Positions 36,480 to 48,926 of a stretch of DNA of 64,000 nt are shown here, piece after piece (position 1 is the stretch's first letter; every line of letters begins with the position of its first letter). The stretch is from Somniosus microcephalus. Taxonomy: Eukaryota. Position numbers and translations under genes: made by a program. The notes beneath the pieces were generated by a model. It did not search any database and had not been told where the DNA came from. It saw only the letters and a list, made by a program, of their open reading frames with translations. The stretch covers positions 42,718,001 to 42,782,000 of the forward strand of contig CM126220.1 in assembly GCA_052327205.1 (NCBI GenBank), read 5' to 3'.

Positions 36480-38130
36480 CGGGGGGAGATGGGGAGTACA
36501 GCAGGAGGGGGGGGGAGGAGGAGGGGGAGGAAAGAGAGGGGGAGGAAAGAGAGGGGGGGAGGAGGGAGGGGGGGAAGGAGGGAGAGGGGGAGGACAGTGG
36601 GAGGAGGAGGGGGGAGGGAGAGGGGGAGGAGGGAGGGAGAGGGGGAGGAGGGAGGGGGAGGAGGATGACAGCGGGAGAGGACAGCGGGAAGAGGGAGGGG
36701 GGTGGACAGCGGGGGGAGGAGGACAGCGGGAAGGGGGGAGGACGACAGCGGGAAGGAGAGGAGGACAGCCGGGGGGGAGGAGGACAGCGGGAGGGGGGAG
36801 GAGGACAGCGGGAGGGGCAGGAGGACAGCAGGAGGGGGGAGGAGGACAGCGGGAGGGGGGAGGAGGGAGGGGGAGGAGGACAGCGGGAGGGGGAGGAGGA
36901 CAGCGGGAGAGGGAGGAGGACAGCGGGAGGGGGAGGAGGACAGCGGGAGGGGGGAGGAGGACAGCGGGAGGGGGGAGGAGGACAGCGGGAGGGGGAGGAG
37001 GACAGCGGGAGGGGGAGGAGGACAGCGGGAGGGGGAGGAGGACAGCGGGAGGGGGGAGGAGGACGAGGGAGGGGGAGGAGGACGAGGGAGGGGGAGGAGG
37101 ACAGCGGGAGGGGGGAGGAGGACAGCGGGAGGGGGGAGGAGGACAGCGGGAGGGGGAGGAGGACAGCGGGAGGGGGAGGAGGACAGCGGGAGGGGGAGGA
37201 GGACAGCGGGAGGGGGAGGAGGACAGCGGGAGGGGGAGGAGGACAGCGGGAGGGGGAGGAGGACAGCGGGAGGGGGAGGAGGACAGCGGGAGGGGGAGGA
37301 GGACAGCGGGAGGGGGAGGAGGACAGCGGGAGGGGGAAGAGGACAGCGGGAGGGGGGAGGAGGACAGCGGGAGGGGGGAGGAGGACAGCGGGAGGGGGAG
37401 GAGGACAGCGGGAGGGGGAGGAGGACAGCGGGAGGGGGAGGAGGACAGCGGGAGGGGGAGGAGGACAGCGGGAGGGGGAGGAGGACAGCAGGAGGGGGGA
37501 GGAGGACAGCGGGAGGGGGAGGAGGGAGGGGGAGGAGGACAGCGGGAGGGGGAGGAGGACAGCGGGAGGGGGAGGAGGACAGCGGGAGGGGGAGGAGGAC
37601 AGCGGGAGGGGGAGGAGGACAGCGGGAGGGGGAGGAGGACAGCGGGAGGGGGGAGGAGGACAGCGGGAGGGGGAGGAGGACAGCGGGAGGGGGGAGGAGG
37701 ACAGCGGGAGGGGGAGGAGGACAGCGGGAGGGGGAGGGGGAGGAGGGAGGGGGAGGAGGACAGCGGGAGGGGGAGGAGGACAGCGGGAGGGGGGAGGAGG
37801 ACAGCGGGAGGGGGGAGGAGGATAGCGGGAGGGGGGAGGAGGACAGCGGGAGGGGGGAGGAGGACAGCGGGAGGGGGAGGAGGACAGCGGGAGGGGGAGG
37901 AGGACAGCGGGGGGGAGGAGGACAGCGGAGGGGAGGAGGACAGCGGGGGGGGAGGAGGACAGTGGGGGGGGGAGGAGGACAGCGGGGGGGGGAGGAGGAC
38001 AGCGGGGGGGGAGGAGGACAGCAGGAGGGAGGACAGCGGGAGGGGGAGGAGGAGGAGGACAGCGGGGGGGGAGGACAGCGGGAGGGGGAGGAGGAGGACA
38101 GCGGGATGGGAGGAGTGGGGGTGGCGACAG
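36480..38130 (+). repeat. About 1.6-kb G-rich tandem array, unit GGAGGAGGACAGCGGGAGGG(G) (20-21 bp)
   Basis: Dozens of near-identical units, most homogeneous at about 37130-37490, grading into pure (G/A) tracts at both edges. Confidence 0.95.
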
Positions 38131-39249
38131 CGGGAGGGAAGACTGGTTGCGACTGACAGTGGCTACCAGAAACGCCGTGGAGCCAGAAGGAGCACTTTTT
38201 AAAAAATGTACTTTTAATTGGTAGTCGTTGCTTAGGTCGCAAGCGTCTGTTGAAGAAGGGTAAGCCCGATACCGACTCTGCTCATCATAGACCAATCCCC
38301 TCATTTACATATACATATATATATATAATGGACGCATATATGTAGACACAAATATACACCTATATTTGCAGATAATGGGAAAAGATAGAAACAGACTTGC
38401 CCATGCTGTTCCGATAGTCAAATAGCCTGCAGATACTCACTGACTTGGCCTATGGTTGAAGAACAGCCACTCGGGCGAGGTACCAACATTATGCCAGCAG
38501 TGATGGATCCATACAACAGTGAGAGACACGATCTTGAGGGGATGAAAACTGGTGGGGGGAGGAGGAGGGAGAACCTCTCCAAACTACAGGGAAAACTTGT
38601 CAACAATTACCCATTTTATAAGGAGTTACTCTGAAACAGTTACTTTACCCGGTTTGAATGACCACAAAATAGTGATTGGTTATCAAGCCCCGGGCAAGTC
38701 CAAATTCCAAATGCAATTTCACCACTTAGATTTATTTTGCTTAGATTGTCTTAGGTAACCTTCAGATCTGAACTTCACACGGGAACATGTTAATCTGAAT
38801 TTCTTCATATATTAACTAAAATATTTGCCACTAATCGAAATAAAATGTGAAGGGAGATGGGTTCGCTGTCGGTATAGCAGCTGAATGCATTGTGCCCCAG
38901 ACTGAGGTTCACACCCCTGCTCCCCTTTACCTGCTGATAGTTCGGTGCTGGCTCCCTATTGCCTAACAGTGAGGCTGTTTCAAACCTGCCAACTTTCCAT
39001 GTTTTACACAGACAGACAAAAGCAGTGATGTTGTGTTCCGTCAAAAACAGAGCTGTGCTAGCCCAAAGCACCATATAAGCTCTGCTCGCTCATTTGACAG
39101 GGCTAGAGGCAGAGGAAAAGCTGGCCTGGGGGACCTTGGCCTGCAGCAAGGGGTGCGTAAAACAGGAACAGCTCTGAAAGGGCTGGACCTTGCCATAAAA
39201 GGAGAAGTTGTAAGCGGTGGCAAAAAAGTGGACAAATTGTTCACAATAG

Positions 39250-39480
39250 CACAGCACGGACATGTTGGCGTCTCTGCTCCTTCTGATGCTGAAGAACTGG
39301 CGATCTGCTGCAGAAGATGCCACAAAGGAAAGTGGTCCAATTTAGGGCTGTAGGTCACCATCCAGGTGCCAGCTGCATGGAGGGAGTCTGCTGCCAAAGT
39401 CAACACAATCATCCAGCTCCTTCATATCTGGCTGCAAGTGAGGAAGAGGTGTGATACTATCCAGAGCAAGGCAAAGGTGG
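39250..39480 (+). pseudogene. Highly degenerate Myb/SANT-like exon (Harbinger accessory gene relic)
   Basis: AAWRESAAKVNTIIQLLHIWLQVRKRCDTIQSKAK followed by a GT aligns by eye to AVWLEVAGQVNYLGLTRRTWLQCRKRFHDLLRTGK|gt of the gene at 49182-49445, including the intron position. Confidence 0.55.
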
Positions 39481-40616
39481 GTTTGCTTCTTACTTTTGCA
39501 CACATCAGAGATATGGTTATTCTGGAGAAGGAGCAGAAGAAAATTGAAGTGGTCTGTTAATTCAGGCCACCTCCGTCTCCTAACAGCCAATTACAGAATG
39601 GTGTCAACAGAACACATGAAGCAGGTCACCTGCATTCTCTTTCAGCAATGGAACAGCAACCTAAACAAGATGAGAAGAAAATAATTGGGGGAAAAAAGAC
39701 ATGGATACTACTCCTTGGTTATTAACATTGTTGCTGAGTTAGTGTCCCACATTTAAAAAAATAAACAGGCAAACATACAAAAGGTCAATTATAGGGCACA
39801 CTTCAAAGCCCAGTGCATGGAGAGAAGGGCTTCAATCACCATTGTTCTGAATTCTGGTGTAGTAAAAAATGATGCAACAAACTTTTTAAAGTATGATTTT
39901 TGTGGCTGGTTCAAATCAGACACAACTTCTTTGATTCAGTGAGTTTCATCTATCAAATCCAAGGCAGGTAGAGGGCGGGATTCCCTGAGGATTGATGCAG
40001 GCTCCTCTACTCTTTAAGCTGTGCAGTAATGACATCCCTCAGGTTTAGAGAGATGAAGAGTGTTCACGTACAGTATGTGGATGACATGATTACACTAAGC
40101 ATCAAAAGCTATTTTGGAAATTTCAGTAGTATTAGCTTCTGAAATAAGAACACTTCCTGACAGCCTTTTTGGGAGCCATCTGTTTCTTCATTGGAAATAA
40201 AAGGTTGTCTCATTTTCATGATGAAAAACAATGATGTACCTTTCAGTATTTAAACACTGGCGCCACGGATATCGTCCATGGCATAAATTATTTAAATTTT
40301 ATTGTTGGTTAGCATTTTTTTAAGGCAATAATTAGTAAACATAAAAGCAATGTTTTTCCACTGAGGCAAATTAAGCCTCATCCAAGTAATTGAGTTTGTT
40401 TGAAATCCTTGACCCAATTCTCAAGAGTCGCACCAGAAAATGTCAGAGGTCAAATGAAATCTTTTGGAAGTCAGCTTTATTTATAATCTTCTGAAGTGTA
40501 TTTGTACAGCTCTGCATCAAAGGATTCATCTCTTAGAGTGGGAGCTCAAAATCTGAAGTAGTGGGAGTGAGCCTGGATTCAGAGAAGTTCTGGATGGCTT
40601 TGATTTTTTTTAAGGG

Positions 40617-40985
40617 CATAAGGAAAAGGAGCAGGAGTAGGCCATACAGCCCCTCGAGCCTGCTCCACCATTCAATAAGATCATGGCTGATCCTCGACCT
40701 CAACTCCACTTTCCAGCCCTATCCCCATATCCCTGGATTCCCCTAGCGTCCAAAAATCTATCGATCTCACTCTTGAACATATTCAATGACTGAGCCTCCA
40801 CAGCCCTCTCGGGTAGAGAATTCCAAAGGTTCAGAACCCTCGGAGTGAAGAAATTTCCCATCATCTCAGTCCTAAATGGCCGACCCCTTATCCTGAGACT
40901 ATGACCCCTGGTTCTGGACTCTCCAGCCAGGGGAAACGGACTCTCAGTATCCAACCTGTCAAGCCCTCTAAGAATTTTATACATT
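40617..40985 (-). mobile_element. CR1 LINE 3' fragment
   Basis: ORF 40700-40984 YKILRGLDRLD...SRTRGHSLRIRG...WNSLP plus CR1 tail. Confidence 0.9.
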
Positions 40986-41684
40986 TTTATGCACTTCTCA
41001 CTTCCTGTTCCTATTGCATGATACTGGGAAATTTAGCGAGTTGTTGGCAAGGTGTTCAACTTTATAACACAATAAAATATTGTTTCAAAAACCTCTATTT
41101 TTCAATTGCTGTGATATTATGAAACTCTTTAAGCCTGAAAATTACACTGTGCTAGTCTGAACAATGAACACATTTAAAACAGTGGACAGGAGAATGTGAT
41201 ACCAAAGTCAATGGGAATGGAAATCAGGAGAGAGATATAATGGGCAGCTGAATCGCGATTGCCCGTTTTACACTACGACTCAAAGTCAAAATTACTCCCA
41301 CTGGGTCCCAGCCCTCAATGCAAATATCCATGAGAAACTGTTTGGAGTAGAACCTGCAGGCACCCCAAACATGGTCCTGCATTTCAAAGAGGGTATGAAG
41401 GTGAGGTGACCCCAAGCCAGGAGAAAGATTGTGGTCAGACTGTCTGTTTCTTCTCTGACTTTCCTCAGCATTCAAGGATGCATGCTGGTAACTTTTTCAC
41501 TTTGAATATTTGGATCGATTCAAACCATTTCAGATTTAGATATGGCAGTAACCTGATACACATACACAAAGGGAGGAAAATCATTCTGTGTTCTGTGTAT
41601 ATACAATGGCGTTCTCCATTCCATTTCAAAAGATTCCCTTTAATGATGAACTGTTAAGATTGACAACAGCAAAGTTAAGTTTTT

Positions 41685-42410
41685 TTTTAATGTATTCGTT
41701 TTTATGGGATGTGGGCATCACTGGCAAGGTCAGCATTTATTGCCCATCCCTAATTGCCCTTGAGAAGGTGGTGGTGAGCCGCCTTCTTGAACCGCTGCAG
41801 TCCGTGTGGTGAAGGTACTGCCACAGTGCTGTTAGGTAGGGAGTTCCAGGATTTTGACCCAGTGACGATGAAGGATCGGCGATATACTTCTAAATCAGGA
41901 TGGTGTGTGACTTGGAGGGGAACTTGGAGGTGGTGGTGTTCCCATGTGCCTGCTGCCCTTGTCCTTCTAGGTGGAAAAGGTCGTGGGTTTGGGAGGTGCT
42001 GTCGAAGAAGCCTTGGCGAGTTGCTGCAGTGCATCTTGTAGATGGTACACACTACAGCCATGGTACGCCAGTGGTGGAGGGAGTGAATGTTTAAGGTGGT
42101 GGATGGGGTTCCAATCAAGCGGGCTGCATTGTCCTGGATGGTGTCGAGCTTCTTGAGTGTTGTTGGAGCTGCACTCATCCAGGCAAGTGGAGAGTATTCC
42201 CTCACACTCCTGACTTGTGCCTTGTAGATGGTGGAAAGGCTTTGGGGAGTCAGGAGGTGAGACACTCGCCACAGAATACCCAGCCTCTGACCTGCTCTTG
42301 TTGCCGCAGTATTTATGTGGCTGGTCCAGTTAAGTTTCTGGTCAATGGTGACCCCCAGGATGTTGATGGTGGAGGATTCAGTGATGGTAATGCCGTTGAA
42401 TGTAAAGGGG
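41685..42410 (-). mobile_element. Non-LTR retrotransposon (CR1/L2 group) RT C-terminal fragment
   Basis: ILGVTIDQKLNWTSHI...IYKAQVRS..EY...AW...LDTIQ..AARLI...WNSLP in ORF 41750-42772; the N-terminal part of that ORF is unrelated flank. Confidence 0.85.
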
Positions 42411-42671
42411 CATTGAATTTTAAGCGCCAACTCTTTAAACTGTGTTTGCAGGAAATTGTTCTTTTCTGTTGTATTTCCACAAGTTTTTACCTTCATTTTC
42501 TGCAGCAGTTGTTGAGATATCTGCCTCATCCCGAGCAATGTTATGAGGAGAGGGATATGTTCCCATCTTCTGATAATGGTGGGGGTATGTGATCTCCCAC
42601 AATCTACCTCTGGTATATGAAATGTGTCTGTGCTGACTGGATGAAGTCTATCTCCACCCAAACTACCAGCC

Positions 42672-42980
42672 TGTGGCGTTGCCACATTGGGGAAACACTG
42701 TGTGTATGTAGATAAACCTGTATAATCCCCTTTTAACTGCTGTATTCCCCTCCCCCCGCAAGACAGTTGCAAGCTGAAAGGAATAAGGCACGTTCAGACT
42801 TGCCTGCTGCTGTTAGAAGGAAAACCAATCAGGTTCCAGCAGGTGACCAATCCGTGAGTCATCACAGGTTCGCGGGCTTCACGAATTCAGTACTGTATTG
42901 TGAGAGTTGGAGTAAAGACCTATTTCTTGTAGCTCGCTGTGTTGCCCATTTCTTTACGCGGGAGACCGTAGTCCCCCACA
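42672..42980 (+). repeat. 5' LTR of CsRn1-like element
   Basis: TGTGG...CCACA; two substitutions versus the 3' LTR by manual comparison. Confidence 0.95.
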
Positions 42981-42981
42981 T

Positions 42982-42993
42982 TGGTGACCCCGA
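42982..42993 (+). promoter_or_regulatory. Primer-binding site for tRNA-Trp
   Basis: TGGTGACCCCGA, complementary to the ...TCGGGGTCACCA 3' end of tRNA-Trp(CCA). Confidence 0.85.
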
Positions 42994-43050
42994 ATGTCGG
43001 CGGCCGAAGCCCCCGACTCACGCAGCCCTACAGAGACCAGCAATGACCCG

Positions 43051-46000
43051 ATGGCAACCAGCAGCAGCCTGATGTTGGCCGGCGCCGCGTCCTTGAAGCT
43101 CCCCACTTTCTGGGAACACCAAGCACCAGCTTGGTTCGCGCACTCGGAGGCCCAATTCACCCTTCGCAGGGTTCAAGACGATGAAGAAAGGTACCTCCAC
43201 GTAGTCTCAGCACTAGCAAGCTCTACCGCCGCCGAAGTTCTCGACCTGCTGGGGAACCCACCACAGACCGGCAAGTACTCAACCATTAAGGGCCGCTTGC
43301 TGCAGGCTTACGGCCTGTCCAAGGAGGCTTCTCTCACTACCAGGCCTCGGCGATTCTACCCCGACCCAGTTGATGAGCCGGATGCTTGCGCTCCTGGGCT
43401 CTGAACCGCAGTGCTTTTTGTTTCGGGCCCTTTTCCTCAGCCTGCTTCCTCAGCAGGTACAGACTGCCCTCGCGGGGTCCCCGATCACGGACTGCATACA
43501 ACTGGCAGCCGCCGCGGACAAAGTTTTCGCCGTCGCCCAACTCGGCTGTGCAGCCGCGAGGCTCCCCGACACCACCGCGGGTGCGCCGCCACGCCAGGCC
43601 GCAGAACTATGCTACTACCACGCGCGTTTCGGCCACAAGGCCCAACGCTGCAGAGCACCCTGCTCTTTTGATCAAACCAAGATGGCCGCCCAGCCCAACG
43701 CACCAGCCCCGCGCCGCCGCCTAGGCCCGCTTGACCGCACCCCCGCCGCCACGATGGCCATCGGCACCGCAGGTAAACTGCTGTACATAACCGACTCTCT
43801 TTCAGGGCGCAGATTCCTTTGCGACACCGGAGCCCAATGCAGCATAATTCCTGCCTCCCAGCTCGACATCCAGGCAGGCAGCAGCGGCCCACCCCTCGTG
43901 GCGGCAAATGGCACAGCCATCCCTACTTTCGGAAAGCGACGGGCCGAGGTTTGTTTCAACGGCCAGCGATTTACGTGGGATTTCGTGACGGCCTCAGTGG
44001 CACATCCTTTGCTGGGCGCCGATTTTCTTTGCGCCCACGGACTCCTGGTCGACGTCCGCGACAGGCGCCTGATCGATGCAGCAACTTTCGCTTCACTGGC
44101 CTGCCAGCAGAGCAACAGCCCAGCCCTCGTTGGGTCCTGCTCCGCCCCGGCGCATGACGACTACGCCCGCCTACTCGCAGATTTCCCGAGGCTCACACAA
44201 CCGACCTTCTCAGCCGCGGCAGCCAAGCATGGGGTCGAGCACCACATTGCCACTACGGGACCACCAGTGTTCGCTCGAGCCAGACGCCTGGACCCAGCCA
44301 AGATGGCGGTGGCCAAGGAAGAATTCGCCACGATGGAAAAACTGGGCATCATCCGCCGCTCGAACAGCCCTTGGTCGTCCCCCCTCCATATTGTGCCCAA
44401 GCTGGGCAGTGGCTGGCGCCCCTGCGGCGACTACAGACGGCTCAACGACGCCACCACGCCCGATAGATACCCTATTCCGCACATCCAAGACTTCTCGGCA
44501 CACCTAGCAGGAAAGTCCGTCTTTTCCAAGGTCGACCTGATTCGCGGCTACCATCAGGTCCCCGTCCACCACGCAGACGTCCAGAAGACGGCGGTCATCA
44601 CCCCCTTCGGACTGTTCGAGTTCCTGCGCATGCCCTTCGGGCTTAAGAACGCCGCACAGGCCTTCCAACGGCTCATGGACTCCGTCCTACGGGACCTGAG
44701 CTTCCTGTTCGTCTATCTGGACGATATCCTCGTGGCCAGTACCAGCAAGGCCAAACACATCGCGCATTTGCGCTCCCTTTTCCAGCGCCTCAGCCAACAC
44801 GGGCTAATCGTCAACCCGGCCAAATGCCAGTTCGGAGCAGCCCAAATTGACTTTCTCGGCCACAGAATCTCGCCAAGGGGAGCCATTCCCCTACCTTCCA
44901 AGGTGCAGGCGGTGGCGGACTTTCCCCAGCCCACCTCGGTTAAGGCGCTGCAGGAATTTTTGGGGATGGTCAATTTCTATCATCGGTTCGTGCCCAAGGC
45001 CGCCGCACTCATACGCCCCCTCTACGAAGCCACCAGGGGCAAAACCGGCAAAGAGCAACGCACCTGGTCCAGCGAGATGGCGACAGCCTTCCACCAGACC
45101 AAAAGCGCCTTGGCCAATGCCACACTACTGGCCCACCCCATCCCGGGCGCCAAGACCGCCCTCACCACGGACGCCTCGGATTACGCCGTCGGTGCCGTCC
45201 AACAACAGTGGGTCGAAGGCGCGTGGCAGCCACTGGCATTTTTCAGCCGACAGCTGCGCAAGAACGAGCAGGCTTACAGCACGTTCGACAGAGAGCTCCT
45301 GGCCCTGTTCCTGGCAATCCAGCACTTCCCTTTCCTTCTGGAAGGCCGGCCGTTCACCGCATTCGTGGACCACAAGCCGCTCACTTTCGCCATGGCCAAA
45401 GTAACCGAACCCTGGTCCGCGCGCCAACAGCGTCAACTCAACTTCATCTCGGAGTTCACCACGGACATCCGCCACGTCGCCGGCAAGGATAATTTGGTGG
45501 CCGACTGCCTCTCAAGACCCTCGCTCCACGCAGTGCACCTGGGCGTCGACTACGCCAGCATGGCGAGAGACCAGGCTGCCGACGCGGAGATCCAGGCCCT
45601 CAGGACGTCAACTACCAGTCTCACCCTGGCCGACATCCACTTCCACGCAGCCGGCACAACCCTCCTGTGCGCCGTCTCAGTCCCCTCGCCTAGGCCGGTC
45701 GTTCCATCCGCCTGGCGCAAGCGAGTTTTCGACATTATCCACGGCCTCTCACATCCAGGGATGTGTGCGTCTCAGAAACTTATGTCCGCCAAGTTCGTCT
45801 GGCCTGGACTCCACAAGGATGTGAGAGACTGGACCAACACATGCGTGCCGTGTCAGCGCGCTAAGGTCCAGCAGGCGCCATTGGAGTGTTTCTCGGTGCC
45901 CGAGAGGCGTTTCGACCACGTCCACGTCGCTCTGGTAGGCCCCTTGCCGCCGTTGCACGGTTTTACACACCTGCTCATGATCGTCGACCGCACCACCAGA

Positions 46001-47021
46001 TGGCCCGAGGTGGTTCCCCTCGCCTCCACCACCACGACCGACGTCGCGCGAGCATTCGTCTCAACATGGGTGGCCCGGTTCGGCGTGCTAACCGACATAT
46101 CCTCGGACAGAGGCCCCCAGTTCACCTCCCACTTGTGGAATGCCAACATCGCCGGCCTCGGCACCAAGTTGCACAGGACAACAGCCTACCACCCGCAGGC
46201 CAACGGGCTCTGCGAGCGCTTTCATCGTTCTTTGAAAGCCTCTCTCCGCGCCAGCCTGGTCGACACCAGCTGGATCGACAAACTACCCTGGGTTCTCCTG
46301 GGATTGCGTACCGTGCCCAAAGAGGACCTCCGCGCCTCTGCGGCTGAGATGGTCTACGGCCAACCGCTCAGAGTACCAGGCGACTTCCTCCCCGACAACG
46401 GAGCCATGGTCGGCCGCCAGACAGCTTTCCCTGCACCAGGACGCGGCCCAGCAATTCTGTCCAGTGCCCACTTCGCAACACGGCCCGCAGCCGTCCTACG
46501 TGCCTCGAGACTTACGACATGCGGAGTTCGTCTTCATGCGCCGGGACGCGCACAGAGGCCCGCTGCAGGCACCATACACCGGCCCCTTCCCAGTATTGGA
46601 GACGGGGGACAAAGCTTTTCTTATCGATGTCGGCGGGAAGCTGGACCTTATTTCAGTAGACCGCCTCAAACCGGCGCACCTGGACCTTAGCTTCCCGTTT
46701 CAGCCGGCTCTTCCCCCATGGCGGGGCAGACCTCCCGCGTTGGCGGCGGCCCCACAAGAGGCCCAAGACACGCCAGAACCTTACTTTCCGGCCGCCGCCC
46801 CACCTTCGCCGGCAGCCCGTCCAGCCAGCCCACCGGCAGACCAGCCGCCAGACCAGCCGACGAACCAACCGGCCGACCTCCCAGACAGCCCTCCTCACAC
46901 GCCAGATGGCTACTACAGCCGCTTGGTCAAACCTCCGCAGAGACTGACTTTTACAGTTAACGAGGATTCTGGGGGGGCATATGTGGCGTTGCCACATTGG
47001 GGAAACACTGTGTGTATGTAG
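43051..47021 (+). pseudogene. CsRn1-like gag-pol polyprotein with two frameshifts
   Basis: LKLPTFW...AWF..EAQF Gag start, protease CDTGA, RT RPCGDYR/YLDD, RNase H TDASD, integrase H..SH...CVPC, SDRG, CER, and a GPF/Y module (PYTGPF). Frameshifts near 43325 and 46396; first integrase catalytic Asp reads Ala (HVHVALVGP). Confidence 0.93.
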
Positions 47022-47290
47022 ATAAACCTGTATAATCCCCTTTTAACTGCTGTATTCCCCTGCCCCCGCAAGACAGTTGCAAGCTGAGAGGAATAAGGCA
47101 CGTTCAGACTTGCCTGCTGCTGTTAGAAGGAAAACCAATCAGGTTCCAGCAGGTGACCAATCCGTGAGTCATCACAGGTTCGCGGGCTTCACGAATTCAG
47201 TACTGTATTGTGAGAGTTGGAGTAAAGACCTATTTCTTGTAGCTCGCTGTGTTGCCCATTTCTTTACGCGGGAGACCGTAGTCCCCCACA
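46982..47290 (+). repeat. 3' LTR of CsRn1-like element
   Basis: Direct repeat of 42672-42980. Confidence 0.95.
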
Positions 47291-47685
47291 AGCCTTATTT
47301 GAACTTTGGACTCAAGTGATCTGATATTTGGTCCCTTCTAATCCATATGTATCTGAATGTACAACATTCTAACCCTAAAAACATTCACAGTAAACACAGG
47401 GTGACCTACATAGCTGTTAAACATGGGACAGTCCGCCCGTGGAAATTAAGGCTGGGATTAAACTGCGGCTGCTTTAAGCAGGTAAATGTATAAACAGGAG
47501 TGTCAGCCATACTGCAAGACAAGCATTGGGGCTTTCTTTTAAAGATCATTAGCATAAAATGTACAGAGTAGTGTCTGTTCATACTGGGGTTTTATTACCA
47601 GCTGTAATTTGACAGCTTGTGGAATGTGAAAGCCAGGCTTCACTACTGCCTTGTAGAGCAGTGGCATGTTTATTTGTACTGAGCC

Positions 47686-47967
47686 CAGGGTTGCCAACTC
47701 AAGTTGGACATATTCATCACATGACCTCCTGACTAACTGCCCCGCCCCCACACCCCCGCCATTGGTCGCCCGACACGTCCATCCTCACTGCGCACCGCCT
47801 TCCTACGCCGATTGGAAAGTGTATAGATTCTTTGTTACATGATTGGATGATTCTTGACCTTCAGTCAAACAGCACTATTCCCCCCACATGTCCAATATTT
47901 TTAAACACGTTAACAAAACTGTTCAAAGAAAATTTGCATTTTCAATCCTGGAGAGTTGGGAACCTTG
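47686..47967. mobile_element. hAT-type MITE
   Basis: TIRs CAGGGTTGCCAACTC / GAGTTGGGAACCTTG; 8-bp TSD ACTGAGCC / ATTGAGCC (one mismatch). Confidence 0.8.
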
Positions 47968-48489
47968 ATTGAGCCTACCCAATATTTTTTAACCAGGTAG
48001 AAATCTGCCCCCGCCCCCCCCCAGTATATTTATAACTTCCCTTCCCAGTCCACCCACATTATTGTAATTGCAGTTGAATGCATTGTTTGCGTGGACAGCT
48101 GCATTTTGCAATTTAGTTGGTAATGTTAAACTAATCAAGGGCCATTAAGAGAAACGAAAAAATTTATCCTTTTGGACACTTCAAAAATCCTTATATAGTC
48201 GATCCCCCGACATGTGGCTGGGCTGATCTCAGCCATGGTGAAATGAGTGTGGTGGGTCCGGGGGTGGGTTAATACTTGGAGATCAAGCATATTCCTCATC
48301 TAAGGGGGTGGGAGACGTGGGGAGGGGGCGGGGGGTGGTGGGCAAGAGTCACCACTGGACCACTCTCACAGACTTCTCACCTCTCTGTGCACAGAGATAT
48401 TAAAGATCGCAGGGAGTGCAGCACACTTAGAATGTAATTTGCATTGAAGAGTATAAGGCATTAAAAGGCAACTGAATTTGGTTTCGATT

Positions 48490-48890
48490 CCTCTTTCTGT
48501 TCCACCTCCCCCTTCTCATCTCCCCCTCCTCACCTCCTTCCCTTCCCCCTGCTCTGTACCCACTCCACCCATCCCTACCCTCACCTTTTCTCCCTCTCCT
48601 CCCCACCTCTTCTATTCCACCAACCCTGTCATCGACACCTCTCTCTTCCCCTCCATCCCCCTCCTTCTCATCACAGTTTCTCTTTCCCTGTCTTCTCCTC
48701 CCTTTCTTTCTCTTCACCCTTCTCTTACCCATCCTCTTCTCTCCATGACCTCCTACCCTTCTCCTTCCACTTTGAGCCATTTTCTTTCCTTTCCACCACC
48801 ATTGATCTCCAACCCCTTCCTCTTCTCCTCTCCACCAACATTTTCCTCCTTTCTCTTCTCCCTCTTCCCCTTCCTCCCTTCCCCCTCTCC
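48490..48890 (+). repeat. Low-complexity polypyrimidine (C/T) tract
   Basis: About 400 bp with very few G on the plus strand; no fixed unit. Confidence 0.8.
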
Positions 48891-48926
48891 GCTAGGATTG
48901 TGACCTAAGGAATTTCCGGATCTATA

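Larger units (their letters stand above)
42672..47290 (+). mobile_element. Full-length Ty3/Gypsy LTR retrotransposon, CsRn1-like clade
   Basis: 309-bp LTRs, 4-bp TSD AGCC (42668-42671, 47291-47294), tRNA-Trp PBS, Gag CHCC motif CYYHARFGHKAQRCRAPC, G-run polypurine tract just before 46982. Confidence 0.95.

Noticed and set aside
36295-38304. 669-aa, 602-aa, 484-aa and 386-aa Pro-rich or Gly-rich ORFs
   Set aside because: They are translations of the 20-21-bp array, whose unit lacks T on one strand and A on the other and so cannot form stop codons; unit-length variation shifts frames freely.
41750-42772. 340-aa ORF as an LTR-LINE fusion gene
   Set aside because: A chance open frame running from the antisense LTR through unique flank into a LINE fragment, starting at a non-ATG codon.
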